In this document: positions 1-13,460 of the stretch, one piece after another | How the letters are laid out: every line of letters begins with the position of its first letter | Numbering within the stretch: the first letter of the stretch is position 1 | Origin: Octopus sinensis | Lineage: Eukaryota | Length of the DNA stretch: 64,000 bases | Direction of reading: 5' to 3' | NCBI RefSeq assembly: GCF_006345805.1 | Contig: NC_043012.1 | Span: 29,822,001 to 29,886,000, forward strand | The notes under the pieces: generated by a model | Database searches by the model: none | The model's input: the letters and a program-made list of their open reading frames with translations, nothing else | What the model was told of the DNA's origin: nothing | Made by a program: the position numbers and the translations under genes

Positions 1-911
1 TCTGTCTACTTTTGAAGGTTCCTCTTTTGTTCTATGAAGTCTTGTAAGAATTTGTTCCATGTCTGCATCATTTAATTCTGAAACTTTAGAAACATCTGCA
101 GTTGCAGTTGAGCACTCAGGGGAAGGGTTTTCACAGCCACTTACTAATAATTCTTCAGAATTACCGAGTTTACTTACAGATGGTGAAAGACTTTTATTTT
201 CATGGAGACAGCTTTCTTCCTCGACCTCAGCAGCAACACCATCAGAAGACAGATGGTGCTTAAGTGTTCCAGAATCAACACAACTCTCTAATATTACACC
301 ATTGCTGTCTTTTTGCTCAGTTTCTGAAGAATTCTCTTTTGTACAAGTTTTTTTACAGTCCTTTCTTCGTTTCAGAATATTTTCAGTTTCAGAAAGGTTT
401 TCGCTTTTACACTCAGATTTTTCAAGACAAGAATCTGTTGGAATTCCATTTCTGACTAAAGTTTCCTCAAATACAGTCTTCAAATTTTTCTGGGTCATTT
501 TGGTTTTTTTCTTAGTTTTTCTTGAAGTTTTGATGGTAGAGAATTCTAAAAAATCTTCAAAATCTGCATTGGTCACCAATGGGGAAGCCCTCTTTGTTTT
601 GCGATCATTTCCCCCAGATTGCTGCAACAAGCACTTATCAATATGAGCATTAAACAACCTCAGATCCTTCGGACATTTTCTATCACAAATTGGACAATAA
701 TGACCAGGACTTTCAGAAATCCCCTTCTCCAGATAGTCACTAGAACTCTCGGCCTGTCCACACTCATTTGGTACCGTTTCATTTTGGCATTTTTTCTCAT
801 GTTCAGTAAGTAAGTTCGTATCACTCGGAGAGGGGTCTTTCTTCATGAAATATTCTATACTATCCTTTTTTGGAAACTGAGAGGATAAAATAAGATTGGA
901 CATCCGGACAC
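1..911 (-). CDS. POLK: POLK coding exon 10 (large C-terminal exon, continues past the window edge)
   Basis: GVRMSNL..., then UBZ4-type finger [23 protein letters not shown] and low-complexity S/E/K sequence; appears open to position 1. Confidence 0.88.
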
Positions 912-3900
912 CTAGAAATAAAGAATGATATTCATGTTGCCATAGCTACAAGGAGAATATGATAAAATATCAACAACAGTTCGTTTGTCCATTTTTACAT
1001 CTGTTTTTCCATGCTAGAATAGTTAGACATGTTTTACTGAGGCGTTGTCTTACAACCAGAGAACTTTCCTAACACTAAATGTTACCTGTTTCTTTCAAGC
1101 AGAGCTTATTCCAACCATCTTTGAAAGTGCAAAATTAGCAGATGATATCTTAACAGGAAAACGACAAGAAATTTTGCTATTTGTAGCTAAGTGCTTTTTC
1201 ATACAAAGCACGCAAGATGAATATAGTGAAGAGACAGTGTTAAAGGATAATGAGTAGGGAAGATAAAGAAGAAAAAAGGGTAACTAAAAAAAATAGAAAG
1301 TCATGTCCCTTGGGTACTAACCTTAATATCATGGACCCTTTAGCCCTTATTATAATTAACATGAACAGAGATTAAACAGGATATTTATACATGCATTGGT
1401 GTTTCAGTTGAGGAAAAGCAGGCTACTGGTCCCTACTTACTTAGTCTTTGATGTCTTAAATGGTGCTAAATTCAAAGAAATATTTCTTACCCATTAACCG
1501 AAGCCTGAAAGGTTTTGGCATTGAATTTTGAATTTCTAATTGAAGAAGATTCCTGGCGACATTATAGATCTGAACCTCGTCACATGTGTGGCGAGTGAGC
1601 GTCTGGGACTTGGTTTTCACTTCGAAATCTACTGTCTTTATTTTCAATGAGACAGTCCGACCCTAAAAACAGAACAAGAGATGGCACTGGTAAAAACCAT
1701 CATCATCACCATTTTAATGTTCCCACTTGAAGCAGATTTTCTACAGCTGGATGCCCTTCTTGTGCCAACCCTCACCTGTTACCAAGAAAGGTAATATATT
1801 CCCATGGCAGGAATATTCTCACGGAATATTCGAAATGAATGACACCGCTTGTATGACAGTGACACTTATTTACAACACAAGGAGACCACACACACACACA
1901 GGCACAGTCTCACATACACACCCATTGGGTTGAGGGACTTTTTCCCCTTTTCCTTTCTTTTATTTGTCAGGCAATTTACTTGGTGACCTCACTTGTGTTG
2001 GTGCTACGAAAAAAGCATCCAGTACACTGTGTAAATTGGTTAGAATCAGGAAGGACATCCAGCCATAGAAGCCACGACAAAGCTGTCATTGGCTCTTAAC
2101 AATTGTAACTATTTAAATTCCTGGAATATTTCAAAGAAACTATGCTTAAAACAGATATGATAATTCTTTAAATGCAATCCAATTCCAATGAATTCCTTAC
2201 CATGAAATTCTCTTCCTGGAGGTCAGAAGCCAATATCTTACTTAGTTCCAGGCATTTGTCATAGAGTTGGGCCGGATCACTGAGTTCAAAAAATGTCCTG
2301 TAAAACAGATTTTTACTATTTTAGCACAAGTTCCACACCATCAGATTTAGAAATATTTTAAAAGATGTAAAAAAATGTTTTAAAATAACAAATTAAAGTT
2401 TTTTTGTAAAGAAATATTGAAATAATTTTTTAGATGTTCGTGTTACTGTTTGATAGTCGTTTTTTTAATACTTGTAATTTAAATTCTTTCTTTTTTGACT
2501 AATTTTTGCGAGAGATGCTCTACCGACCATTAAACTATACGATTCCGTGGAGAATCGATAAGTTTCAAGGGACGTAAATGAGAAAGATCCATCTGTTTAA
2601 CCAGTATTAGCTCCCCTATGTAGCCCTATCTAGCTACGCTGATACCTTTCCTTGATCATACAGCTGCCCCCACCTCTACAGCCCACTCTTGACTCCAGGC
2701 AAACTGAGAGAGAGGTGTGTGTTAATATGTCTTGATATGGCAATCGATTGGTATTTAGTTACATTCCTTTGGTTTCGAGTTTGTATCTTGCAGTGGTTTA
2801 GCTCTGCTCTACCTCCTTCCAGGAAGTAAATAAAAGAGGTACCAGAGCCAACAAAATCAAACAAATAAGTACCAAGAGAGCATGGATTCTCTGGCCCCTT
2901 CTTTTGTACTGTAACCCCTCGTCTTTAAGCATCAGGTCACCTTCCTCTCTTTCTCATAATCCCAAAGGGATGGGGTTCTTACCCTTGCAAGCTGCATGGT
3001 CACCTGACTAGCGCTGGTGCCAGGAAAAAATGCACCCAGCACATGCTATAAAGGGGTTGGTGTTAAGAAGGGCATCTGACCCTAGAGACAGTCCTCCAAC
3101 AGTCCATCGGATTCTGTCAAACAATGCCAGCATGAAAGACAGAGACCAAATGATGATGATGATGATGAGCTACATTCATGTATATTTCGTCTTGCTGTGA
3201 AATTACGACCCCAGTATCTATGGTTTTGGGTTTGTTGAATGTTCAAAAATATAAAACTTACTGTTCAGTACTCAAGCTTTTTCTATCACCATCACTGAAA
3301 AAAAAAAGAAATATTAAAAAAAAATAGTTTTTCTTAAAAAAAAAAGATTTCACTTTGTTAAAACCGTTTTATATTTAACCCTTTTGACAGCAAAACTGTT
3401 CCTCAGGCTCTCCACCTGCACTCGTTCTATGGTATCAGCTTCTTGCTTTAAAATGATCTAAATTTAAATCTTCCCTCAAAATTCCAGCTATGTTCCAAAC
3501 ACCAGTTTAATAATGACAAAGTTATTAATAAAGAAATTCTTCATTATTTTCAAAATGAACTGAAACAAAAGCAGCAATTAATTCCAACAAAAATATGCTA
3601 AGTAAAAGGTTAATGTTCTTTCTAGTTGTTCTTGTTTAACCCCAAATCAGCCCTTTATTACATAAATTTTGATCAAAGGTATTTCAGCCCCAAACGCCCC
3701 ATTTTTTTTTTTATCAGGCAGGGTCCAACCACAAAAAACAATATCCCATGCAACCTTCCCATTTTAACCATTTTCCTTATCATATTCCTGTTGAAATCCA
3801 TTGCCTTTGTTTCAAATCATTTCAATCGTGTTAAAGAGTTTATCAAAATAATTCTCTTATTAAACTGGTGTCTGAAATATAAAGAAACATGGAATCTTGA

Positions 3901-6900
3901 TGGAAAGTTTTAATTCAGATCACTTTAAAACAGGACGTTTGTATAAGAGAACTCAAGTGTTGGGGGGGGGGGGGCTCAGGTGGGTGGCTATCAAAAGGGT
4001 CAAAGCAGTGAGATTTGAAAAGGGTTTGGCTGCTATTGCAAGCAGGTCAAGAGATCACAGCCTTAGATGGATGAAGTGACCCCAAAGAGACCTCCTTAAC
4101 CCTTTAGCATTCTGATTCCTCTGTCGAATGTAAAGCTTATTTATTCACAGTGTTTTGAATTAAGCATGCAGTATCTAACAGCTTTGAGATTTTCATGATG
4201 TGATCGTTTGCTTTCAGAATTACATTGTAGGGTAGGTGTGAGAGGCTGGATCTGGTCAGGCCAGTCATGGCTGGAGTAAATGCTAACTCGAGTCACAACA
4301 GAGTGGCTTCTTTGCTGGCTCAAGTGACCAAATGACAGATCCATTGGCTTTGAGAATTCCTCTTTTTGTATTGTTTGGCACAAATGGATTTGTCTATGTT
4401 TGAATATATTAGATAATCCAAAGGAATTGTTATCAACAGGTATTCAATTAAAATGAAATGTTCCAGATTTGAGAAAATGTGACAGTTAACCCACACACAA
4501 ATGAAACAGACTGTTGATGTGAGGAATATATGGAATGTGTGTGTGTGTTTCTGTGAGACTTGAAATTCACTTTCCTATACCAGTATGACATGGGTTGCAT
4601 AAAAAAGGAATTTAGCCCAGGTTTTACATTGTGTATATTTCCCCAACTAAATCATTCATCAAATCATTTACCAGATCTGATTCTCTCACATAAATTAAAG
4701 CAAAGAGATCTAAAAACTTCTGTTATTTTTGCTTCCAACTGAATTGTGCAAAATTCATCTTTAAAAAGAAAAATGCAAGAAAAACTTCTTTACCAACCTT
4801 TCGACATGAGTTGAACCAATGCCAAGAGCGACAGACATAAAGTGATTGAAAGAAATTTCAGAATACAAGAGATAGAGTAAAGATCGTTGTTCGTACAACT
4901 GGGAACAGGTGACAATATCAATGGCCTGCAGCATTTTCTCTGTCACTTTGCCAATACCAGAGACCTGAATAGAAACAAAAACACCACACAATAAAACAAC
5001 TTTTAATTCGGATTTAAACAAGAGACAATGGCTAGAATTTAAACCAGATCTAGAAACAAGGGGTCAAACTCGTTTGGCAATGCAGTCAGGATTGAAGGAT
5101 GATATAGAGCTTGTAGGTTGGACAAGAGCAATTATTTAAAAAAAAAAGTTCTTCATAATGTATGCCAGAATAAATGGATAATGTAACCAATATACATTAT
5201 AACAAGTTTATTAAGAATAAAGAAAGTAAAGATTATGAAGTGTCAGCAAAGTTTGTATACAGAGATGTGTGAGTAAAACTCATTCACTTGGTGTGTGTGT
5301 ATATATTTCATGTACACATGTATATATATGTACATGATGTTGAGTTTAGTTGAGTTCAAACTCTGAATAAGTCAGCAATATTTTACCAAATAATCTAAAA
5401 TTAAGAACTAATTATAAATTTTTTAGATATATAACTAAACATTGCCATGATCCAGACCAGGTTCACAGGCTGTGTTTGACAGCCCTGTCCTAGAATATAA
5501 TACTGTAGGATATCTATTTCCATCAATCAGCTGCATGGTTCATCTGGGCCAAGTGACAGCATACCTTTAGCTAACCCACTGACAGAGTTCTTATAATATA
5601 TTTCATTAGTTTTTACATCCAATTTTCCATGCAGGCATGGGTTAGATGAATACATCTTATTTCTTTATTGCCCACAAGGGGCTAAACATAGAGGGGACAA
5701 ACAAGGACAGACAAACGAATTGAGTCAATTACATCAACTCCAATGTGTAACTGGTACTTAATTTATCAACCCCAAAAGGATGAAAGCAAAGTCGACCTTG
5801 GCGGAATTTGAACTCAGAACGTAACGGCAGACGAAATACGGCTACGCATTTCGCTCGGCGTGCTAACGTTTCTGCCAGCTCGCCTCCTTTAGATGAGTAC
5901 ATCTTGCTGAAGTAGTTTTGCAGCTGGATGTCTTTCCTACCATGAACCTTTATCTGTTCTTTGAAGCAAGAACATTTTTCACATGGCATGTCTTTGAAAG
6001 GGCACAGCTACAGGACAAAGTGTGGACAGGGAAATGGCACTGCAAGACACATTAAAGCATAATAAAAGGAAGGAAAAAACAAAAACAAAGAGAGATTAGA
6101 AGAGAAGGAAGAGATAAGGAAATGAGAGAGAAAGAGATACAAGGGGAGAGAGAGAGAGAGATTGGAGGACGTAGTAGAAGATAAGACTTGCATTCTGTGA
6201 TGATGATAAAAATGTTGAAGAGATAAAGTTACTCACTTTTCTTATAGGAAGGTCAGTGACGAAATCTTTTATAACATGTGTAATGTGAGGGAGACTGAAC
6301 TGACCATTGGGCTTGTTTCTATCTGAACAAATTTTGGCCAGTAAAGTGTTGGCAGCAATTCCTGAAAAAACAATAACAAAAAAGCCATAAATATTTATAT
6401 ATCATCATCATCATTTTATGTCTGCTTTCTTAGTGGCATGTATTAGACAAGTCATCATGGTCTACGTCATTTGTTTTATTATACACCCAGGTGTGGTGTA
6501 GGCATAGGTGTGGCTGAGTGGGTAAAGAGTTTGCTTCCCAACCACCTGGTTTCAGGTTTGATCTCAGTGTGTGGCACTTTGGGCAGGGTGGCCCAGAGCT
6601 CTAGTATCTTCTACTACAGCTCTGGGCCAACCAAATTCTTGTGAGTGGATTTGATAGATGGAAACTGAAAGAAACCCACCATATGTGTGTGTGTGTATGT
6701 GTGTGTGCGTGTGTGGTGTGTGTGTGTGTGTGTGTGTAGTGTGTGTGTGCGTGTGTGTGTATTTATTATACAAGTGGTGTGATTCATTTTCAATCTCCCA
6801 CAAAAACTTGACTGGCCACGAGGAAATATTACCTTTCTTGGAAAGGTAAGTGTTGGTGACAGGAACAGCATCCAGATGTATAAAATCTGCCTCAATGAAT

Positions 6901-9900
6901 TCCATCTGACCCATTAAGACAATCATGATGATGATGACAGCAATGATAATGATGGTGGTGGTTACTGCTCTGCTTGATGAGACAGGGACCATATCTGACC
7001 ACTATTTTCCATGTTTTGGCATAGTTTCTGCAGCCGGATCCCTACCACTAAAGAGTTCCCTCTACTCTACATTGTCTAGGATGCATTTTATCATGGCACC
7101 AGCACTAGAAGAGCTGTCTTGTCCCCAGCAAAATTAAAGGCAAATGTTAGGCCAAACCAACTTTCCTGTAAAGACTGTGGGTACAACCACTTTCTCTAAA
7201 CCACAAAAAAAATAAAAACAGGCACATCACTGAAAACTAGGTCTTTGGATTCATTTATGCCATATTTAGGCAATAATGTTACTCAATTCCCATCTACATC
7301 TTCTTTCAATGACAGTCACATCTTGTGAGGTAAGATTTATATTTTGTAAAAATAAACAGGCCATCCAGCAGCAGCAGAAACCCTAAAATCTTTGCCTCAA
7401 TTCTTTCCTTCCTACCAATTCTTGCCTGCCTAAACCCTGGGCAAAAACAGGAATTAAACAAAATGATGGCACGAACAGATTATCACATTTTCTTGTTTTT
7501 GATACCAGGTTTAAGAAGACTGGCTAAAACGAAAAAGAAAATCAAATAAAAACCATTTTTTAAAATGTGGATCCATTAGTTTACTTACCAGCACTAGCAG
7601 TCAACTGAGTTCTTTGTTCAATTTTACGTCGGATTTCTCTGACAGCCTCTTCTGCAGACACACCAAATACTTCTTCTCTGTAATTAGGCACCTCTCGTTT
7701 ACACAAAGGACACATTTTAACATCTAGTCCCTTAACTAATGAAGGGTCTTCTATTAGTGGTAAATTACTTCTGTCTTGTTCTTGGAAGCAGAGCTGATCA
7801 GCACTTGGTGTTTCCTTATCTTGAACAAAGCTCAGATTTTCATGTTCTGTTGATTCACAATCAGACTTATTTGGATCACAAGAGCAATAACGTGGATCTA
7901 ATCGGTCACAAGTACGGCATATAACAGTTCGTTTCTCTTTAGGAAGTGTCTTACGATGATTCAAATGTTCTGTGATGTCTAAGTAAGCCTCATCGAAGCT
8001 GACTGGACAAAAATGTTTGTCGTATTTAACAAGGACGTCTTTGACTTCTTTACTGACAGCTGCGTACTGAGCAAAGTTCGAAGGAACTATCACCAACTGA
8101 GGGCACAACTTCTTAGCAATGAAACCTGGCATTGCAGCTCGCACTCCAAAACGACGAGCAATATAATTAGAAGTTGACTTGAGTATGGAAATACAAAAAA
8201 GAAAAGAAATTTACATAGAAAATAAATGTATTTCCTGACAAGAAAGAACAAAAAAAAAAAGAAAGAAATATCTTGTAATCATTAATCCTGTTCAAACCCA
8301 GTCTTAAAAATAAAAGGAAGGATATATTGGACAAAGGACACAACATGCTACTCAGACAAGGAATTGAACCTGCAACTGAATGATTGTAAGCCCAACACCT
8401 TAACCACAGGGCCATGTGCCTGCAAATAGAATAATATAGTTCAAGATAAACAAGACTGGAATGTCTTTGATCATTATGTTTGTTTGATTAGACCCTACTT
8501 GGAATTAAACAATCACAACTAAATTATTTTTAATCTAATGATTAAATATATTTCTCTCATTCCTAAAACTTTGGTCCAATAGACGACTCCTATATCTACC
8601 TTACACAATTTCTACACAAATATTTTATAGATCTAAACTCACAAGCATGTAATTACTTCCAACAGCCATGGGTTTGTCCAGGAGAGAAGGATTGTCTCTC
8701 GTTTCAACTGCTGCAAAGAAAGCATCCATGTCAATATGTACAATGGTTCGGCTCAGGTCCCTTTTCTCTTCTAGTCTCTTCAGAAGAGCATCAGCCTGAA
8801 AGAGAATGGTCAGCTTACAGATTTTCATTTCTGTAGAAATCCAGCATAGATTTGACATTAATACTTCAACTGCTAATTTGTACCATACAACCAGTCTCAG
8901 ATCAAATTCTTCCCTGATTAAATCAATATTTTTTTTCCACATTGATAAAATCACAAACTAAAAACCATTTAAATTCTATATTAAAATTTTCTCATGAATC
9001 ATTTTTTACATTTGTTTTTCTATGCTTGCAGGAGTTGGACAAATCTGAATGAACACATCACATTTCCCCATATGTTATGGTGAGACTAAACAGCCAAAGA
9101 TCAGCTTTTACCATTTCAGCTCATGTCTTCCTTGGCTTTCCTCTCCCACAATTTTCATCCCATTCAAACTCCTGACACTTCTTCATCCATCTGCCATCAT
9201 CCATGTCCAAACACAGCCGTCCCTCTTTTGCTCTACAATTCATTCTTCTTAACACCCAATCTATTTTCCATGTTTATTTCCTGCCTCATCGTTTATGCAC
9301 ATTAACACATCCAACAGATCCTGCTCACACCTTGCTCTCCTTTCCAAACTTTATGTGTCCTCTGCATTCAGTGCCCATGGTTCTCTATTATACAGCATTG
9401 CAGTTTGTACACATGTTGCATTGCACAATTTACCAACATACACGAATTCACTGCTGCATTAAATATGTTAGCACTAAAACCACATACAATCGTGTGTTAA
9501 TGATATCATATGATATATCAATTTATATATACCACATGTAGTGATATATTAAATATATCAACACAGAAACCACAGACATATGCAGGTAAATTAAATATAT
9601 CAGTATAACTAAAACCACATATAGAAAGCCATATCAAATCTGTCAATATACAGCCATAGGTACATTTTTACCTCGCTCATCCACTACAACCACTAAAATA
9701 TTAATAAAAATGACACACCTCTTTTTCAGCCTTGTTCATCTCTTTTGCAGTGAAGTGGGCAATTTTCTGTCGTTGTTCAGCAATCTTTATATCAACCTGT
9801 TTGTCTTTCTTTTTCTCATTTTCAAAATATTTTGAACCTGACAACAGAATACAAAACAATAGTTCTTAATGCTGTTGTTTCGCCCTAAGATCAAAGGCAC

Positions 9901-12900
9901 TCCAGCCATGACCATTCTGTGTATTGTAAGTATTATGTATCTAGGATTACACTATGTTATCCAAGGTATTCTTAGACTTTTTTTTTAAGTATGAGGCAAG
10001 GTGGCTGAGCTCCTTTTGAGCATTGGTCGTCATGGAGGCAAAGTGGCCAAGCTCCTTTTGAGTTTTGGGCCTCACGGAGGCAATGACCAAGACTGTTGGT
10101 ATTATATTGTGCTTGAAAAGAAAACTCATCAAGCCAAGCGAAATTGCACTCATGACAGATACCAGTGTCATGCAAATGGCACATAAAAGTACCCATTACA
10201 CTCTCAGTGATTGGTGTTAGGAAGGGCATCCAGTCATAGAAAACTGTGCCAAATCAGACTGGAGCCTGGTGCAGCCTTCCAGCATGCCAGCCCAGTCAAA
10301 CTGTCCAACCTAATTGGAGACCTTGCAACACAGCTGACTCTGCTACAGGTACCCATGGAGCAAGTGGTAGTGTTAAGCTGGATGGAGGTTTAAGTTTATT
10401 TCTGAAAGAATCCAACAGTCAGGTGGTGGTGGTGGTGGTGGTGGTGCAAAACTGGGGTTGGGTTAACTCAGTCATTCCAAGAACTGAGAATAGAAAGTGA
10501 TGGACACCAATGGCACCACAGTATCAAGTCTGATGCTCTCACAATTCCATGAACCCACCATCTTTTGATTGGGACTTGAATTTATTGAATGTGAAGAGAT
10601 GAAAGACAAAGTGGAATACGGCAGGATTTGAACTCTGAACACAGACAACTGGGACAAATATTGCAAATACTGCATCTGCAGGATGCTCAGATGACTCTCT
10701 CATTCGTCTCATCCTACAATTTTAATAAATAACATCATCCTCCATAAGTTTCTTTTTAACATTTCATAAAAATAATTCTGTCTGCTTTAGTACAGAAGCA
10801 CTAAGAGATTTTTGTAGCCAAACCGTTAAAAGGATGACGAGGAAGACAATGATGATGCTATTTCTGTGGGATCCCCTTGCATCACATTTCCCCCCTTTCA
10901 GTTTCAATCTGTAAATCTCTCTTTCCCACCATCTTTAGAAGGAATGTCAGCATTTCAGACAGACTCCTTCTTCCATCATTAATTTCTCTCCTCAATACTT
11001 CTATTCTGAAGAAGCATTTTGTCCAAAATGTCGGATATTCCACTCCCCACAGCAATTTCACTACTCTTTTTGTTGCCTTTTCCAAATAACACATACATTT
11101 AACCCCTTGAAAACAGTCCTTATTTATAAACTGTCAGATTCATATTAATGGTTGTGTCATCATTAACTCAAGCTAACCTTGAATACAAATCTTTCCAATG
11201 GACACCATCGTGGGTCTCCTCCTCCTTGGGTTTCCTTTCAGTGAATTTCCTTATCCATTCTAGTGCACACCTGTCTGTCTGTGTGTATGTGGGGGGGGAG
11301 ACAACAGGCAGTCCCTATTTCATGACGTAGATTGCAGAGAATGTCATAAAATAAGGCAAGGTGATCAGAGTGGAATGTCTGTTGAATAAGGGTTGACAAT
11401 AACCAAGGCCTGTTAGAAATAGCAGTCAAATCTCATTAAAAAAACACTCTAACAGACTTCAAAAAGAAAAGGGTAGATTAAATACGATAATATATGCAAC
11501 TTGATCAAACGAAGGGATGGTCACAGTTGGATCACCGATGTTCATATGTCAGGGTTGACCTGACCTAAACAATAATGACACGCATGAATGATCATAGGTA
11601 ATCCAACCATGACAATTTGTGTGTGGAGGGAATTTTAAGTGAGTATATCATGTGTGTGTGTGTGTGTGTGTGCATCTTGTATTTCTCTATTGGAATTTCC
11701 ACATTTTCCTTTATTTATTCTCTCTTATTCTTTGTTTCAGTAACTGGACTGCGGCCATGCTGGAGCAAAGCCTTGAAAAACGAAAGTGCGTCCGGACAAA
11801 ATGCTTAATGGCATTTCTTCCGGCTTTACGTTCTGAGTTCAAATTCCACCAAGGTCGACTATGCCTTTCATCTCTTTTGGGGGTCGATGAAATTAAGTAA
11901 CCTCCACCCGCAACCAAAATGTCTGGTCTTGTACCTAAAATAGAAAGATTTATTATGGTCATGTGCAAGGAAAGAAGTAGAGCGGGAAGAATGTCTCATT
12001 TGTCGTTGTGACGCTTCTGTTTCAAGTTCAATTCCTGACGGAATCAACTTTACTTTTAACACACAAAGCGCGACGGGCCACGATCGTGGCCCTCAGGCAC
12101 AGGTCGACTGGCCACGATCACGGCCCAGATAGATGCATTTAATTTATGGACACTTGTTGGGGATCTAATGCCACTCAAACACTCCGATACCCCTCCAGAA
12201 TGCAAGAGGACTAATAGTTCAACTGATGACTTTGCAGATGATATACTAAGAAGATATTTTAACCATTTTTTGTTTTTTCTGTGTGCATGGTGGTCTCATT
12301 TTCATAAAATGTGCTCAGCACTCCATGCTATGTAAGAGCAAATCCCAGCACTTTATGGGTTAAACCAAACCAGAGTCAATAAAATAAAGTAAAATGTGTT
12401 TATATTTTAGAAATCTTTGCCATGCTCGAAGAAGCAGAATTAGAGGAAACATAAACATCATATTTTCTGAAATTCTGTTTGTTGTTAAACCATTATATGG
12501 GGGTGTGTTGATGTTGTTTAGCCCGTGGTCAGTCTTGACGAAGCACGGGGTTCCAGTTGTTTTCATCCAAATGTTTTGTGGGCAGTTTACCGAAAACTCC
12601 ACTCTACAATGTGTCCTTACGTTTTAAAGACGGCAGTGAGTGATTTAAGTGACATTTGGTTGCTATGTTTAGCAAGCTGAGCAACAACGTGGAGGACCCC
12701 TCGCTGGTTAATTAAGGAAAGTGTAAAGGGAAAGGTAACAGGTGTCTAATGGTTTCTCATCTGTACCAGACACACTGACATTTTAATAGGGAACTAAATG
12801 GAATTTCCAGTTTGTTATATAAAGGAGGGATAGACAAGAATGGTCAACTTAACGAGGAAGATGGCGTTAAAAGGGGAGGGGAGAGTTTTTAAATCCATCT

Positions 12901-13030
12901 ACTCACCTTTCGAAGCTTCGTATATAATCTGGTTGATTTTTTCTCTGTCCAAGTTCTGCATTCCAGCTTTGTTATCATTAAGTCCCAGCCTGGACAAAAG
13001 TCCTGCCTTTTCTTCTGTCCCAGACGACAT
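1..13030 (-). CDS. POLK: DNA polymerase kappa (Y-family, DinB homolog); 10 coding exons in window, 3' end beyond the left edge
   Basis: Exons 13030-12907, 9837-9719, 8795-8643, 8177-7589, 6361-6237, 4964-4798, 3294-3262, 2297-2201, 1662-1491, 911-<1 join in phase with GT-AG boundaries. Motifs: N-clasp [11 protein letters not shown], catalytic [87 protein letters not shown] finger CPIC..NAHIDKC. Confidence 0.96.
1491..1662 (-). CDS. POLK: POLK coding exon 9
   Basis: [22 protein letters not shown]...FRLRLM. Confidence 0.93.
2201..2297 (-). CDS. POLK: POLK coding exon 8
   Basis: [32 protein letters not shown]. Confidence 0.9.
3262..3294 (-). CDS. POLK: POLK coding exon 7 (33-nt mini-exon)
   Basis: [10 protein letters not shown] (RKS.S.E little-finger motif); tttcag acceptor, GTAAGT donor, phases match the neighbouring exons. 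Confidence 0.88.
4798..4964 (-). CDS. POLK: POLK coding exon 6
   Basis: [55 protein letters not shown]. Confidence 0.93.
5659..5888 (-). mobile_element. Same SINE family, inserted into an older RTE-tail repeat, 17-bp TSD with 1 mismatch
   Basis: TTAGATGAATACATCTT at 5642-5658 and TTAGATGAGTACATCTT at 5889-5905; body matches 45864-46095. Confidence 0.85.
6237..6361 (-). CDS. POLK: POLK coding exon 5
   Basis: [42 protein letters not shown]. Confidence 0.93.
7589..8177 (-). CDS. POLK: POLK coding exon 4
   Basis: [26 protein letters not shown]...SFDEAYLD...LTASA; 589 nt. Confidence 0.95.
8643..8795 (-). CDS. POLK: POLK coding exon 3
   Basis: [51 protein letters not shown]. Confidence 0.95.
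9719..9837 (-). CDS. POLK: POLK coding exon 2
   Basis: (G)[39 protein letters not shown]; AG/GT boundaries, phase consistent. Confidence 0.9.
12056..12363. mobile_element. piggyBac-type MITE (TTAA target)
   Basis: TTAA-CACACAAAGCGC ... GCACTTTATGGG-TTAA imperfect TIRs; subterminal palindrome gggccacgatcgtggccc. Confidence 0.55.
12907..13030 (-). CDS. POLK: POLK coding exon 1
   Basis: [41 protein letters not shown](G), followed by a GTGAGT donor; 124 nt. Confidence 0.92.
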
Positions 13031-13199
13031 TTCGCCGTATTTTGTCACCCGGGGTGGTTTATCACACTGTTATTAATCTCTGTTCTCAACATCAACGAAA
13101 AGAAATGTGTGAACCAACACAAAATGAGACAACATCACTCATTAATTACTTTTGATACATTACCTATAAATGTAAATAAACAATAGTTCAAAGTAATTA

Positions 13200-13460
13200 C
13201 TAACCAAGAGCGGCCATCAAACAATATTTATCGAACCGCAACCACTTCGTAATGACTGAAACTTCTCAACTATTAAAGTAGGCAAAAAATAATTCAGCAA
13301 AAAATATCTGAATATGAAAAATTTCGATGTTAAAGCTGTTTAAGCAATATACTTAAAACAAATTTAAGTGTTCAATTATGACTGCTATCCATGCGGTCTT
13401 CTGTCATATTAGCTCTGCATGGCCGAGGGGGGGGGGGAAGCGCGCGAAATCCAACATGAC
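13200..13460 (-). promoter_or_regulatory. Candidate POLK promoter
   Basis: Local CpG retention upstream of the ATG, E2F-consensus TTTCGCGC (13442-13449, minus strand), a G-run and a YY1-like GCGGCCATC. Confidence 0.4.

Noticed and set aside
59-646. 195-aa plus-strand ORF
   Set aside because: Antisense shadow of the large POLK exon; no independent protein signature.
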